A stretch of DNA of 64,000 nt from Candidatus Eiseniibacteriota bacterium. Its GTDB lineage: Bacteria; Eisenbacteria; RBG-16-71-46; CAZAMP01. The stretch lies in the NCBI GenBank assembly GCA_965224245.1, contig OZ245046.1, positions 5,056,001 through 5,120,000 on the forward strand. The letters are read 5' to 3'. Each line of letters opens with the position of its first letter. The stretch's first letter is position 1. Position numbers and translations under genes: made by a program. The notes beneath the pieces were generated by a model. That model made no database searches. It worked only from the letters and a program-made list of their open reading frames with translations, and had not been told where the DNA came from. Shown in pieces: positions 56,401-64,000 of this stretch.

Positions 56401-58101
56401 CGCCATCGAGCCGCACGTGAGTCCGGCGCCGGGGCCGACTACGCGGATGCGCGATCGCTGTACGAGACGGTGCTCCGCATCTGGCCGGACGACGCGGACG
56501 CGGCTCGCCTCCATCTCTACGCCGGTGATGCGGCCGCCCACGAGGATGCGTTCGCGGCCGCGGTCTCGCACTTCGGCACCGCCGCCGAGAGCGACAGCCT
56601 CTCGCTGGCCCAGGATGCGAGCTGGCAGCGCGTGAGCGTGACCGACCGGTGGTATCGGGCCACCGCCGAGAGCGACTCGCTGGCCAGTGTGCTCATCTCG
56701 AGCCTGGGAACTCACGTGGACCGGTTCGCCGACGACCCGCGCAACGCCGATCTGAGGTGGCGCCGCGCCACGCTGGCCATGGCGCACGCGCGCCACGCGG
56801 CCGCAATCGCGCTGTTCTCCGACTTCATCGCCTCGCATCCGCTCGACCCGCGTCGCCCCGATGCGGCGAGCATGCGCGCGGACGCCGTCTACGCCACGGG
56901 CGCCTACCGCGACGCGTCCGACGCCTATGCCGACGCGGTCGCGATCGCACGAGCGGCCGGACGCGACAGCCTCGCGGCGACGCTGACCCCGAACGTATCG
57001 GCGTCGTTCTTTCAGCACGTCGAGGCTGCGGTGGCGGCGAACGCGCCGAAGGGCATCGAGGCTTCGCTCCTCTCCACGTTCGCCGATCGCTGGCCCGATC
57101 ACGCGAACGCGCCCGTGGCCCGCTATCGGGCCGGGCTCGCCTGGCGTGACGCGAAGCGCTGGGCGGCCGCGGACTCGGCGCTGACCCGACTGATCGCCCG
57201 TCATCCGGACACGGAGCTCGCGCGCGATGCTCACCTGACGCGGGCGGACCTGTGGAAGGAGGCGGACGAGCCGGCTCGCGCCGCCGACGCACTGCTCGCC
57301 TTCGCGAATGCGTACCCCGACGACGCCGATGCCGGCACCGCGCTACTGGAGAGCGCCGATCTCGTGGAATCCGCAGGGCGGCCCGAGGACGCCGAGCGGC
57401 TTCGCCTCGACTACCTGGATCGTCATCCGGACGACGTCGCGACCGCGATGGAGATCCTGGAGCCGCTGGCCCGACGCGAGCTCGACGGGCTCGACGCCGG
57501 CGCACCCGTGCGCACGCTTCTCGACGGCGAACGTGGGACCCATCTCGCGCGCTACGTGACGCTGGCCGACGCGAACGCCGCGCTGGCTTCTCGCGAGCTG
57601 ATCGCCGAGGTCCGGTTCCGGGAGGCCGAGGACGAGCTCGGGCCGTACCTCGCGCTCCAGCTCACACAGCCGATCGACGCGGCGATCGAGCGGCGAAAGA
57701 GCCGGCTCGAGGCCGTGATGACCCGGTACCAGCGCGCGGCCGACGTCGGCGTGCCCGAGTGGACGCACGCCGCGGCGCACCGGATCGGCGAGGCACTCGT
57801 CGACTTCGGACGGGCGCTGGAGGTCAGCGAGCGTCCCGGTGATCTCGGCGAGGAGGATCTGTGGGCCTACGAGGACGTGCTGTTCGAGCAGAGCTGGACG
57901 TTCTACGACCGGGGCGAAGCGGTCTGGACCGATCTCCTGTCCGGCACCGGGGTCTTCCCCGACCACGACCCGGGCGGGTGGCTGGCCCGCGCCCGCGCGT
58001 CGCTGTGGTCACGACTGGCCACGCGGTTCTCGCTGAAGCCCGACTTCGAGTATCCGGTCGCGACGGCGACCCCGCCGACCCTCACCGCGGAGGCGAACTG
58101 A
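53446..58101 (+). CDS. Giant periplasmic TPR protein, GltD/AgmU-like (~1550 aa)
   Basis: Signal peptide, long coiled coil, many TPRs (EA..RLG...F, ALYKLGW..F), C-terminal GV.EW..AA..RIG...SERP..L....Y...L.EQ. Confidence 0.8.
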   Translation: MTSVSFSRLARLLSCVGAGVAIGQLAVASVANGAPGEAPEPETADAARPSSIAWPATVDPDAVQFGLALTAARVAGPARVAEILEGLNVASASFEGADRAAFLLANAYLETGDVPAFLALATALTDRNPRSPYSHWIATLQAMLTGRPRETGSVRDALDDVAGATGALLESLASRAATTPLDVELSALAALELARRDVATGGDPTSRLLAVPSASVHAARARHVAAAWLYEAGRPAAARGVLDTLLVADPDYADRRDAELLLAAILTDAADWERALSRYSAIDEDWRREDAELREIESDADWDALWTRWRGQGEETIAFDGDRIEVERRAAVEHALVPRSPSPDEPSRAELVPTGARPRGARVPAPGDDELREVADLALTIGERESERTRLFVRMADLEADAARRARHAARGGARLDETRAALGAGVDELESLAATLDALAVELGAVRDDAIGVFTARAGRMARAARSAVVTLEALDRFYVGGPNLRRATPSPPGVPSPSEVLASEAELAAELGTFCDRLTRDVADLIARSHDEAWRPGLVDSARTLLARGHALLQDETGLAARVRVAGDDHGAAAAVRGRLAALDGELSRLRARRAEVREATARHAIDVRRRALASEREAIDYGLATATYWCSRGAEPGPGARAGEREAIARYGAFLVHYPESGARGEVRFNLADLELSAARRAFRETMARYVEEHAMDDAQAGKVSALFVDVSPALALYDAILAEDPGFAHRDAVLFNAGMLLADQGDPRAESHLEALVTEHPSSEFHQEAQLRLGDLAFDRASYLRAAPAYEAAACGDDAGHAAIALYKLGWSHFNVDAFEAAADAFRRLLDLYDTTDVRDVGADLRVEAEDYLVHALSRAGGADAFAAYFGSIGPRDYEPRVLDRLARLLRRFSLYSESIAADRLFTERYPTRPGALVSAARIVDAYAARNEPERAHEARLWFAPMFAPGSQWRAANADADSIRTAGETFARDAWKTVAFERHRAARESGAGADYADARSLYETVLRIWPDDADAARLHLYAGDAAAHEDAFAAAVSHFGTAAESDSLSLAQDASWQRVSVTDRWYRATAESDSLASVLISSLGTHVDRFADDPRNADLRWRRATLAMAHARHAAAIALFSDFIASHPLDPRRPDAASMRADAVYATGAYRDASDAYADAVAIARAAGRDSLAATLTPNVSASFFQHVEAAVAANAPKGIEASLLSTFADRWPDHANAPVARYRAGLAWRDAKRWAAADSALTRLIARHPDTELARDAHLTRADLWKEADEPARAADALLAFANAYPDDADAGTALLESADLVESAGRPEDAERLRLDYLDRHPDDVATAMEILEPLARRELDGLDAGAPVRTLLDGERGTHLARYVTLADANAALASRELIAEVRFREAEDELGPYLALQLTQPIDAAIERRKSRLEAVMTRYQRAADVGVPEWTHAAAHRIGEALVDFGRALEVSERPGDLGEEDLWAYEDVLFEQSWTFYDRGEAVWTDLLSGTGVFPDHDPGGWLARARASLWSRLATRFSLKPDFEYPVATATPPTLTAEAN

Positions 58102-58102
58102 C

Positions 58103-59047
58103 ATGCGTGCATCCCGATGGATCGTCACGTGGATGGTCGGCGGAGCGCTGCCCGTGCTCCTCGCCGGCTGTGGCGGTGTGCACCGCTCGGGCGAAGATCG
58201 CCTGGCCGATGCGCGCACCGCGGATCGGCTCGGGCACGCGGATGCCGAGGTGCTCCTGGCCGAGGCCGCCACGCGGCGCGCCGAGTTCCCGGACGAGCCC
58301 TACTGGCCGTATCGGATGGCCCGCGTACATCTGGCGCGCGGCGAGAAACGCGAGGCGATGTCGTCCCTCGGGGACGCGCTCCGCCTGGATCGCACGTACG
58401 AGCCGGCGCTGCTTCTCCTGTCGAAGGTCTACTTCGACCGGGGTCGTCATCAGGAAGCCGTCGACCTCATCGAGGGCGCGCGTCGCGCGAGCGCCGGCGA
58501 CGGGGCCGCGTCGGGCCTCTCCCCGCGCCTGGCGGCCGCGCTCGCGCTGCACCACGACGCGATGGAGGCCTGGGCCGACGCCGACGCGATCGTCGACGCC
58601 CTCGAGGATCCCGCGTCGGCGGGCGTCGGATCGGCGCTCGCGTACGTCGCGCTGAAAGGCGAGGACCCCGCGCGTGCGTCCGCGCACGCAGAGGCCGCAC
58701 TCGCCGGCGATGACGACAGCGCCGTGAACCTGAACAACCTCGCCGTCAGCCGGCTTCGCGCCGGGGATCCGGTCGCCGCCCGGGAGGCGCTCTCGAGGGC
58801 GATCGAGCGCGATCCCGATCTGGCGAGCCCGTACTACAACCTCGCGGTGACCGAGCTGTTCTTCTTCCTCGACCGCGAGCGCGCCGCCGAGTGGTTCCGG
58901 AAGTACCGAGAACGTGCCGACGGCAACGGGCCAGCCGACGTGTTCGACCCGGACGGACTGGCGGGCATGCTGGGGGATGTCACCCCCGAACGGCTGGCCG
59001 CAGCCGACGGCGACGAACACGACATGCCGGAAAGGACCACACCATGA
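58103..59047 (+). CDS. TPR lipoprotein, GltE/AglT-like
   Basis: Lipobox LLAGC; NNLA...G....A......AI..DP....YYNLA......D...A...F.KY. Confidence 0.75.
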   Translation: MRASRWIVTWMVGGALPVLLAGCGGVHRSGEDRLADARTADRLGHADAEVLLAEAATRRAEFPDEPYWPYRMARVHLARGEKREAMSSLGDALRLDRTYEPALLLLSKVYFDRGRHQEAVDLIEGARRASAGDGAASGLSPRLAAALALHHDAMEAWADADAIVDALEDPASAGVGSALAYVALKGEDPARASAHAEAALAGDDDSAVNLNNLAVSRLRAGDPVAAREALSRAIERDPDLASPYYNLAVTELFFFLDRERAAEWFRKYRERADGNGPADVFDPDGLAGMLGDVTPERLAAADGDEHDMPERTTP

Positions 59048-59409
59048 GGCACGACTTTCGCAACGCCTGTCGGGTCGCGGCACTGTGCGCGGTGGCGATC
59101 GGCATGGGCTCTCCCGGCCCGATCGAGGCCGCCGAGGCCGCGTTCACGCTCGAGGACATCACGATCGAAGGCACGGTCGACGTTCCCGAGGTCCTATTCA
59201 TCTCGGGACGCGATCAGGTGAGGTTTCCGAGCACGATGCACCGAACGTATCTGACGTCCGCCGCGGAGCTGGCGAGCCGGGCTCCCCGCGACGTGCGGGT
59301 CATCGTCTGCTGGCGGGGTCTTCTCTGCAGTCGATGGGGCGCCACGGCGCCGGCGGCGACCGAGCCCGGTCCGGCCGACGCGCCGGACGCGGACGTCGAG
59401 ACGGACTGA
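59044..59409 (+). CDS. Small exported protein, GltF/CglF-like
   Basis: ATGA overlap, signal peptide, LEDITIEG.VDVPEVLFI..R motif. Confidence 0.65.
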   Translation: MRHDFRNACRVAALCAVAIGMGSPGPIEAAEAAFTLEDITIEGTVDVPEVLFISGRDQVRFPSTMHRTYLTSAAELASRAPRDVRVIVCWRGLLCSRWGATAPAATEPGPADAPDADVETD

Positions 59410-59527
59410 GCGTCGAGAGACTCGTTCCGGAGCGCACCGGGGACGGTCGGGCCGGGACACTGGACACGTTTCGAGGATCACATCGATCGGCATGTGCGCG
59501 CCGACGCGCGCCCGGAGGAGCAGCGCC

Positions 59528-60271
59528 ATGGATCTGTTCGCGACGATTGCCGGCTTCTTCAGAGGCGGCGGCCCCTTCATGTACGTGATACTCGGCGTCG
59601 GCGTGCTGATGGTCGCCATCGTCGTCGAGCGGTTCCTCGTGATCGGACGCGCGTCGCGGATCAACACGTCCCGCTTCGTGGCCGATCTCCAGGCCTGCCT
59701 CGAGAAGGGCGACGTGGCCAGGGCGCGAGAGCTGTGCCGTGGCACCACGCCCGCCGTCCGGGTGGCCGCGGCCATCCTCGGAGATGGGTCCGGTGACCAG
59801 CAACGCCTTCAGAACACGGCCGACGGCGCGGCGACGCTTGCGCTCCCGCGCCTCACGAAGCGTCTTCCGCACCTGAACACGCTGGCCAACACGGCCACGC
59901 TCCTCGGCCTCCTGGGAACGATCTTCGGGCTGACCACGGCGTTCTCGGCGGTGGGCGCCGCCGACCCCGCGCAGCGCTCCGCGTTCCTCGCGGCCGGCAT
60001 CTCGCAGGCGCTCAGCACGACCGCCTTCGGACTCATCGTCGCGGTGCCCGCGCTCCTGGCGCACGGCTTCCTGGTGGGCAAGGTCGAGGGTGTCGTCGCC
60101 GACGTGGACGAGGTGAGCGTGAGGCTCGTCAAGCAGATGTCGCGTCCGCGGATGACGACGGCGGGCACCTCGGCTCCGGGTCTGGCCCAGAGCACGGCCG
60201 CGCGCGCGACCGCACCGCGACTGGCCCCGCCGGCTCCGGCAGCCGGCACACCCCGTCGGGGAGCCGCGTAG
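59528..60271 (+). CDS. MotA/TolQ/ExbB proton channel subunit (AglR-like)
   Basis: GG.FMY.I, ERF, ATLLGLLGTIFGL, GISQAL.TTAFGL.VAVP; GGAGGAG RBS. Confidence 0.92.
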   Translation: MDLFATIAGFFRGGGPFMYVILGVGVLMVAIVVERFLVIGRASRINTSRFVADLQACLEKGDVARARELCRGTTPAVRVAAAILGDGSGDQQRLQNTADGAATLALPRLTKRLPHLNTLANTATLLGLLGTIFGLTTAFSAVGAADPAQRSAFLAAGISQALSTTAFGLIVAVPALLAHGFLVGKVEGVVADVDEVSVRLVKQMSRPRMTTAGTSAPGLAQSTAARATAPRLAPPAPAAGTPRRGAA

Positions 60272-60274
60272 AAC

Positions 60275-60799
60275 ATGGATGTTCGTCGCACCGGCCGGAG
60301 CTATCGACGACTCATCGAGGCCGACATCGAGATGCTGCCGCTGATGAACCTCTTCATCGTGCTGATCCCGATGCTGCTCCTGTCGGCGGTGTTCGTCGAG
60401 GTGACGGCGATCGACATGGCGATGCCAGGGGCGGATCCATCCGAGAGCGCGCCGGAGGAAGAGCCGTTCCGGCTCTCGGTCGAGATCGCGCCCGATGCAT
60501 ACGTCATCGACGGCAATCGCGTCGATCGCCGGGTCATCGACTGGGGGACGCCGGCGGGGACACCCTCGCCGGATGCGGCACACGAGACGCTCCGCGCGGC
60601 GCTGGCCGGGATCGCCGAGCGGCATCCCGAGAACCGCGCGGTTCAGATCCTGTCCCGACCCCGGACGCGCTACCGCGAGATCATCGCCGTGATGGACGCG
60701 TCACGAGAGGCCGGTCTGCCGCACGTCGGACTGGGAGACGCGGCCGCCCCCCGCGGTGTCGGCGACGTTGCCGTCCGCGACGTGACCAACGAGGGCTGA
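60275..60799 (+). CDS. ExbD/TolR family subunit (AglQ-like) with Asn at the canonical Asp position
   Basis: MLPLMNLFIVLIPMLL.SAVF TM helix, Y..II.VMD..REAG. Confidence 0.85.
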   Translation: MDVRRTGRSYRRLIEADIEMLPLMNLFIVLIPMLLLSAVFVEVTAIDMAMPGADPSESAPEEEPFRLSVEIAPDAYVIDGNRVDRRVIDWGTPAGTPSPDAAHETLRAALAGIAERHPENRAVQILSRPRTRYREIIAVMDASREAGLPHVGLGDAAAPRGVGDVAVRDVTNEG

Positions 60800-60801
60800 C
60801 G

Positions 60802-61299
60802 ATGCACCGAACCTGCCACTCCGGTCGGCGCTCGATCGCGTCCCTGAGACGCTCGGGCGGGATCCGACTCACGTCGATGATGGACATCCTGACTGTCCTG
60901 CTCCTCTTCCTGTTGAAGAGCTTCGTCGTCGACGGCGAGGCGATGACACCGCGGGCGGGCATCGATCTTCCCGAGTCGACGGCGGAAGGAAGTCCGGATC
61001 CGTCGCTCGTCGTGGCCATCCAGTCCGACGGGATCGTCCTCGAGGACGAGCTGGTCGCGTCGCTGGCCGAGGTACGCGACGGCGGACTCGAGATCTCCGC
61101 CCTGAGTGAGCGTCTGGACGCGGTCTGGACCCGCATGGACGCGCTGGCGCGGCGTCGTGGCGAGCGCGAGGCCAGCGCACCGACGGCGACGATCCAGGGC
61201 GATCGCGATCTGGAGTTCGACGTCCTGCAACGCGTGATGTTCACGCTCGCCGAGAACGGGTTCGAGGACATCTCCCTGGCGGTCATCAAGAAGTCCTGA
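60802..61299 (+). CDS. ExbD/TolR family subunit (AglS-like)
   Basis: LTSMMDILTVLLLFLLKSF, LP.S, IQGD....F..L.RVM.T....GF..I.LAV. Confidence 0.88.
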   Translation: MHRTCHSGRRSIASLRRSGGIRLTSMMDILTVLLLFLLKSFVVDGEAMTPRAGIDLPESTAEGSPDPSLVVAIQSDGIVLEDELVASLAEVRDGGLEISALSERLDAVWTRMDALARRRGEREASAPTATIQGDRDLEFDVLQRVMFTLAENGFEDISLAVIKKS

Positions 61300-61307
61300 G
61301 GGTGGGC

Positions 61308-62324
61308 ATGGCGACACGTGACCGCAAGTACGACCGGCCACTCTTCGCGGGGCCCGACTCGCTCTTCGCGAAGTGCCTGGCCGGCGCGTCGATGCTCGGC
61401 GCTCTGGTGCTGATCGTCGTCTTCGTGACGCCGCTGCGCGAGCGGGAGCTCGTGACGGTGGACGAGGTGCCGAAGCGCCTGGCCAAGCTCCTGATCGCCG
61501 AGCCCGAGCCGGCGAGGACCCCACCGCTCGTGGCCGAGGCGGTGACGCTCGCCGAGCCGGTCGAGGCGCCCGTCGAGCCGGAGGTCACGCCCGAGCCCGA
61601 GGCGACCGCACCCGAGCCGAGGCCCACCCGGCGCCGGAAGCCACCGGAGGCCGTGCAGCGGGATCCCCGCGCGGGCAAGGCGGGTCGGGACCGCGCGGCG
61701 CGCGAGGTCACCGAGACACTCGCGTCCACGACGAAGAGCGTCGAGTCGGCGCTCACGAGCCTGTCGGCGAGCCTGGCCGGTGCGAGCGACGCGCCGGAGT
61801 CTCCGAGGCGCCCGCGCCGCCAGCGGCGCACGCGGAGCGGCCGGTCCGGCGGGCAGGTCACCGCGGCGGAGACCGCGGTCGTCTCGGCGGGATCGCGGGC
61901 GGCGACCGACGTCGCGCTGGAGACCGAGCTGGTCGCCGTCGAGTCGCTGGGCTCCGGGGGTGGCGCGTCGAGTCCGGGAGGATCCGGCGCCGGCGCGAGC
62001 TCGGGTGTCGACGTCCATCGTTCGACCGCGTCGCTGCTCTCGGTCGTTCGCCGGTACGCGGCCGGGATCCAGTTCTGCTACGAGAACGAGCTGAAGCGCG
62101 ACCAGACGCTCAGGGGCAAGATCGTCGTGTCCCTGACGGTCTCGCCGGAGGGTCGCATCGAGGCGGTCGATCTCGTCGAGGACACGCTCGGCTCGCCGGC
62201 GCTCGGCTCGTGTGCGCTCTCGCAGATCCGAGACTGGCGTTTCCCGCCGATCGACGAGGGCCGGGTGACGTTCCGGATCCCGTTCGTGTTCACGCCCCCC
62301 ACGACGGTGGCGGATCGGGACTGA
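61308..62324 (+). CDS. TonB-like protein with an AgmX/PglI C-terminal domain (GltG-like, no FHA; alternative GTG start 61302)
   Basis: Short cytoplasmic N-terminus, one TM, Pro/Glu-rich linker, IQ.CYE.EL.....L.GK..V...V...G.....L..C....I..W.FP....PF.F. Confidence 0.88.
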   Translation: MATRDRKYDRPLFAGPDSLFAKCLAGASMLGALVLIVVFVTPLRERELVTVDEVPKRLAKLLIAEPEPARTPPLVAEAVTLAEPVEAPVEPEVTPEPEATAPEPRPTRRRKPPEAVQRDPRAGKAGRDRAAREVTETLASTTKSVESALTSLSASLAGASDAPESPRRPRRQRRTRSGRSGGQVTAAETAVVSAGSRAATDVALETELVAVESLGSGGGASSPGGSGAGASSGVDVHRSTASLLSVVRRYAAGIQFCYENELKRDQTLRGKIVVSLTVSPEGRIEAVDLVEDTLGSPALGSCALSQIRDWRFPPIDEGRVTFRIPFVFTPPTTVADRD

Positions 62325-62675
62325 GTCGCGCACCGCGGGCACGAATCGCATGCGGAGCCAGCACCCGCTCCGCTCGATCGGACCGATCGGGCATGCGTTC
62401 GTCGACGGGGCGTTCGAACCCCGGCACGGACCGGCCGAGTCCGACCGGCCTCGCCCGACGGGCGGCTCCGGGGTCTCGGCCGAGCACGGGCGACGCCGGT
62501 CGGCGCCGCCGGAGGCCCGCCAGAGCCCGCCGACGTAGATAGAGCGCAACGTCCCCATTCCGCGGACGATACCTGTAGCGACCCGGATGAGAGCGCGCGC
62601 TTCAGGACGCCGCGCGCGCCACGGCTCCGGTTGCCGCCCGAGACCACCGTGATCGCCGTTCCGGCGAGAGTTCGG

Positions 62676-62705
62676 TTGTCGATCCCGCCTCGATCGGGCG
62701 ATAAT
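62676..62705 (+). promoter_or_regulatory. Sigma70-type promoter candidate for the glutamine synthetase gene
   Basis: TTGTCG-N18-GATAAT about 140 nt upstream of ATG 62847. Confidence 0.35.
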
Positions 62706-62846
62706 CCCCGATCGTTTTTCGGGAGGGGCTGGTCCTTTCGCGCTCCCGCGCGGGGTGACCCGGCGACCGGGCAGACGCCGTTCGTCCGAAGAGGTGTTTT
62801 CCCGGAGGTTCAGAGTCACATGCCATCCACGAGTAAGGTCACCGCA

Positions 62847-64000
62847 ATGGAAACTCAGACCGGCAATTCGAGCACCGGCCGACTGAAGGGACGGATCTAC
62901 GAGATGGATCTCCTCGGCGGACCTGGCTCGAGCGCGAGCAGCTTCGGGTCGCTCACGTTTTCCGGCGACGTCATGCGGCGTCGACTTCCGAAGGATGTCT
63001 ACGAGCAGCTTCATCAGTGCATCCAGCGCGGCCAGCCGCTGGACCACACGGTCGCCGACACGGTCGCGTCGGCGATGAAGGCCTGGGCGCTCGAGCACGG
63101 CGCCACGCACTACACGCACTGGTTCCAGCCCCTGACCGGCTCCACTGCCGAGAAGCACGACGCGTTTCTCGAGCCAGACGGCAACGGCGGCGCCATCGAG
63201 CGCTTCTCCGCCGACCAGCTGATTCAGGGCGAGCCGGATGCGAGCTCGTTTCCGTCCGGTGGCATTCGCGAGACGTTCGAAGCGCGCGGCTACACGGCCT
63301 GGGACGCGTCGAGTCCGGCGTTCATCCTCAAGACCGAAGACACGGCCACGCTGTGCATCCCCACGGCGTTCGTGTCGTGGACCGGCGAGGCCCTGGACAA
63401 GAAGACGCCGCTGCTCCGGTCGTGCGACGCACTCAGCACCCAGGCCAAGCGCGTGCTGGCGCTGTTCGGCACCGACGCCGGCGTCACGCGGGTCTCGACG
63501 ACGCTCGGCACCGAGCAGGAGTACTTCCTCGTCGACCGCGAGCTGTTCAACCTGCGCCCCGATCTCCAGATCTGCGGCCGCACGGTGCTCGGCGCGGCGT
63601 CGTCGAAGGGCCACCAGCTCGACGATCACTACTTCGGCGCCATCCCGGCCCGCGTGCTGTCGTTCATGGCCGACGTCGAGCAGCGTCTGTTCGAGCTCGG
63701 GGTTCCGGTCAAGACGAGACACAACGAGGTCGCGCCCGGTCAGTACGAGATCGCGCCCACGTTCGAGAACGTGAACACGGCGGTCGACCACCAGATGCTG
63801 ATCATGCACGTGCTCCAGCGCACGGCGCGCCATCACGGGTTCGCGTGCCTCATTCACGAGAAGCCGTTCGCGGGCGTCAACGGATCGGGCAAGCACAACA
63901 ACTGGTCGATGACCACCGACACCGGGGTCAATCTCCTGGACCCACGTGATGATGCGCACACCAACATGCAGTTCCTGGTGTTCCTGGCGTCGGTCATCAT
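62847..64000 (+). CDS. glnA: Glutamine synthetase type III (runs off the 3' end; absent from the ORF track)
   Basis: Manual translation: AMKAWA...[80 protein letters not shown]. Confidence 0.95.
   Translation, partial: METQTGNSSTGRLKGRIYEMDLLGGPGSSASSFGSLTFSGDVMRRRLPKDVYEQLHQCIQRGQPLDHTVADTVASAMKAWALEHGATHYTHWFQPLTGSTAEKHDAFLEPDGNGGAIERFSADQLIQGEPDASSFPSGGIRETFEARGYTAWDASSPAFILKTEDTATLCIPTAFVSWTGEALDKKTPLLRSCDALSTQAKRVLALFGTDAGVTRVSTTLGTEQEYFLVDRELFNLRPDLQICGRTVLGAASSKGHQLDDHYFGAIPARVLSFMADVEQRLFELGVPVKTRHNEVAPGQYEIAPTFENVNTAVDHQMLIMHVLQRTARHHGFACLIHEKPFAGVNGSGKHNNWSMTTDTGVNLLDPRDDAHTNMQFLVFLASVI

Noticed and set aside
53446-62324. Bona fide gliding motility or Tol-Pal locus
   Set aside because: No FHA-bearing GltG, GltI or GltJ, and no pal or cpoB, in the window. 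Homology to the motor core alone does not show motility.
62325-62846. Glutamine (glnA) riboswitch, sigma54 promoter or small ORF upstream of GSIII
   Set aside because: I could not match the riboswitch consensus or a correctly spaced GG-N10-GC motif by eye, and the hairpins are explicable by GC content. An Rfam scan would settle it.
60681-63959. 1092-aa minus-strand ORF and many other long Arg/Ala/Pro-rich ORFs in the track (for example 3871-6228, 23918-26194, 37494-39794)
   Set aside because: Antisense or off-frame shadows of well-supported genes; stop codons are scarce at this GC content and the ORFs show no family motifs.

Overview
High-GC window from a diderm bacterium. FlgD-Ig-tailed and 'SWGxxK'-tailed secreted proteins suggest an FCB-associated lineage such as Ca. 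Eisenbacteria, Krumholzibacteriota or Latescibacterota (inference only). Positions 1-41 kb hold housekeeping and accessory genes: glgC, a long GlpX-like phosphatase, dusA, egtB, a membrane MutS-like protein, a Tsr3-like protein, S9/M23/M24 peptidases, a CDF transporter, a MoaD/BNR pair, a Ser/Thr kinase, alkD, a Rho with a long disordered N-terminus, apbE and a ~1800-aa surface protein. The main feature is a co-oriented, largely overlapping ~20 kb envelope operon (about 42.7-62.3 kb), preceded by DUF4920/PepSY-TM genes and a sigma54-like motif. It joins a redox module (CX5CH lipoprotein, hydrazine-synthase-alpha-like diheme lipoprotein, TlpA, DUF4266, DUF3570), four outer-membrane barrels, an NHL/FlgD protein, and an Agl-Glt-like proton-driven motor core (GltD/E/F-like, ExbB/TolQ, two ExbD, TonB-like AgmX/PglI). 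The window ends inside a type III glutamine synthetase that the ORF track missed. No rRNA, tRNA, CRISPR array or mobile element was recognised. All family calls come from motif recognition by eye, not database searches.
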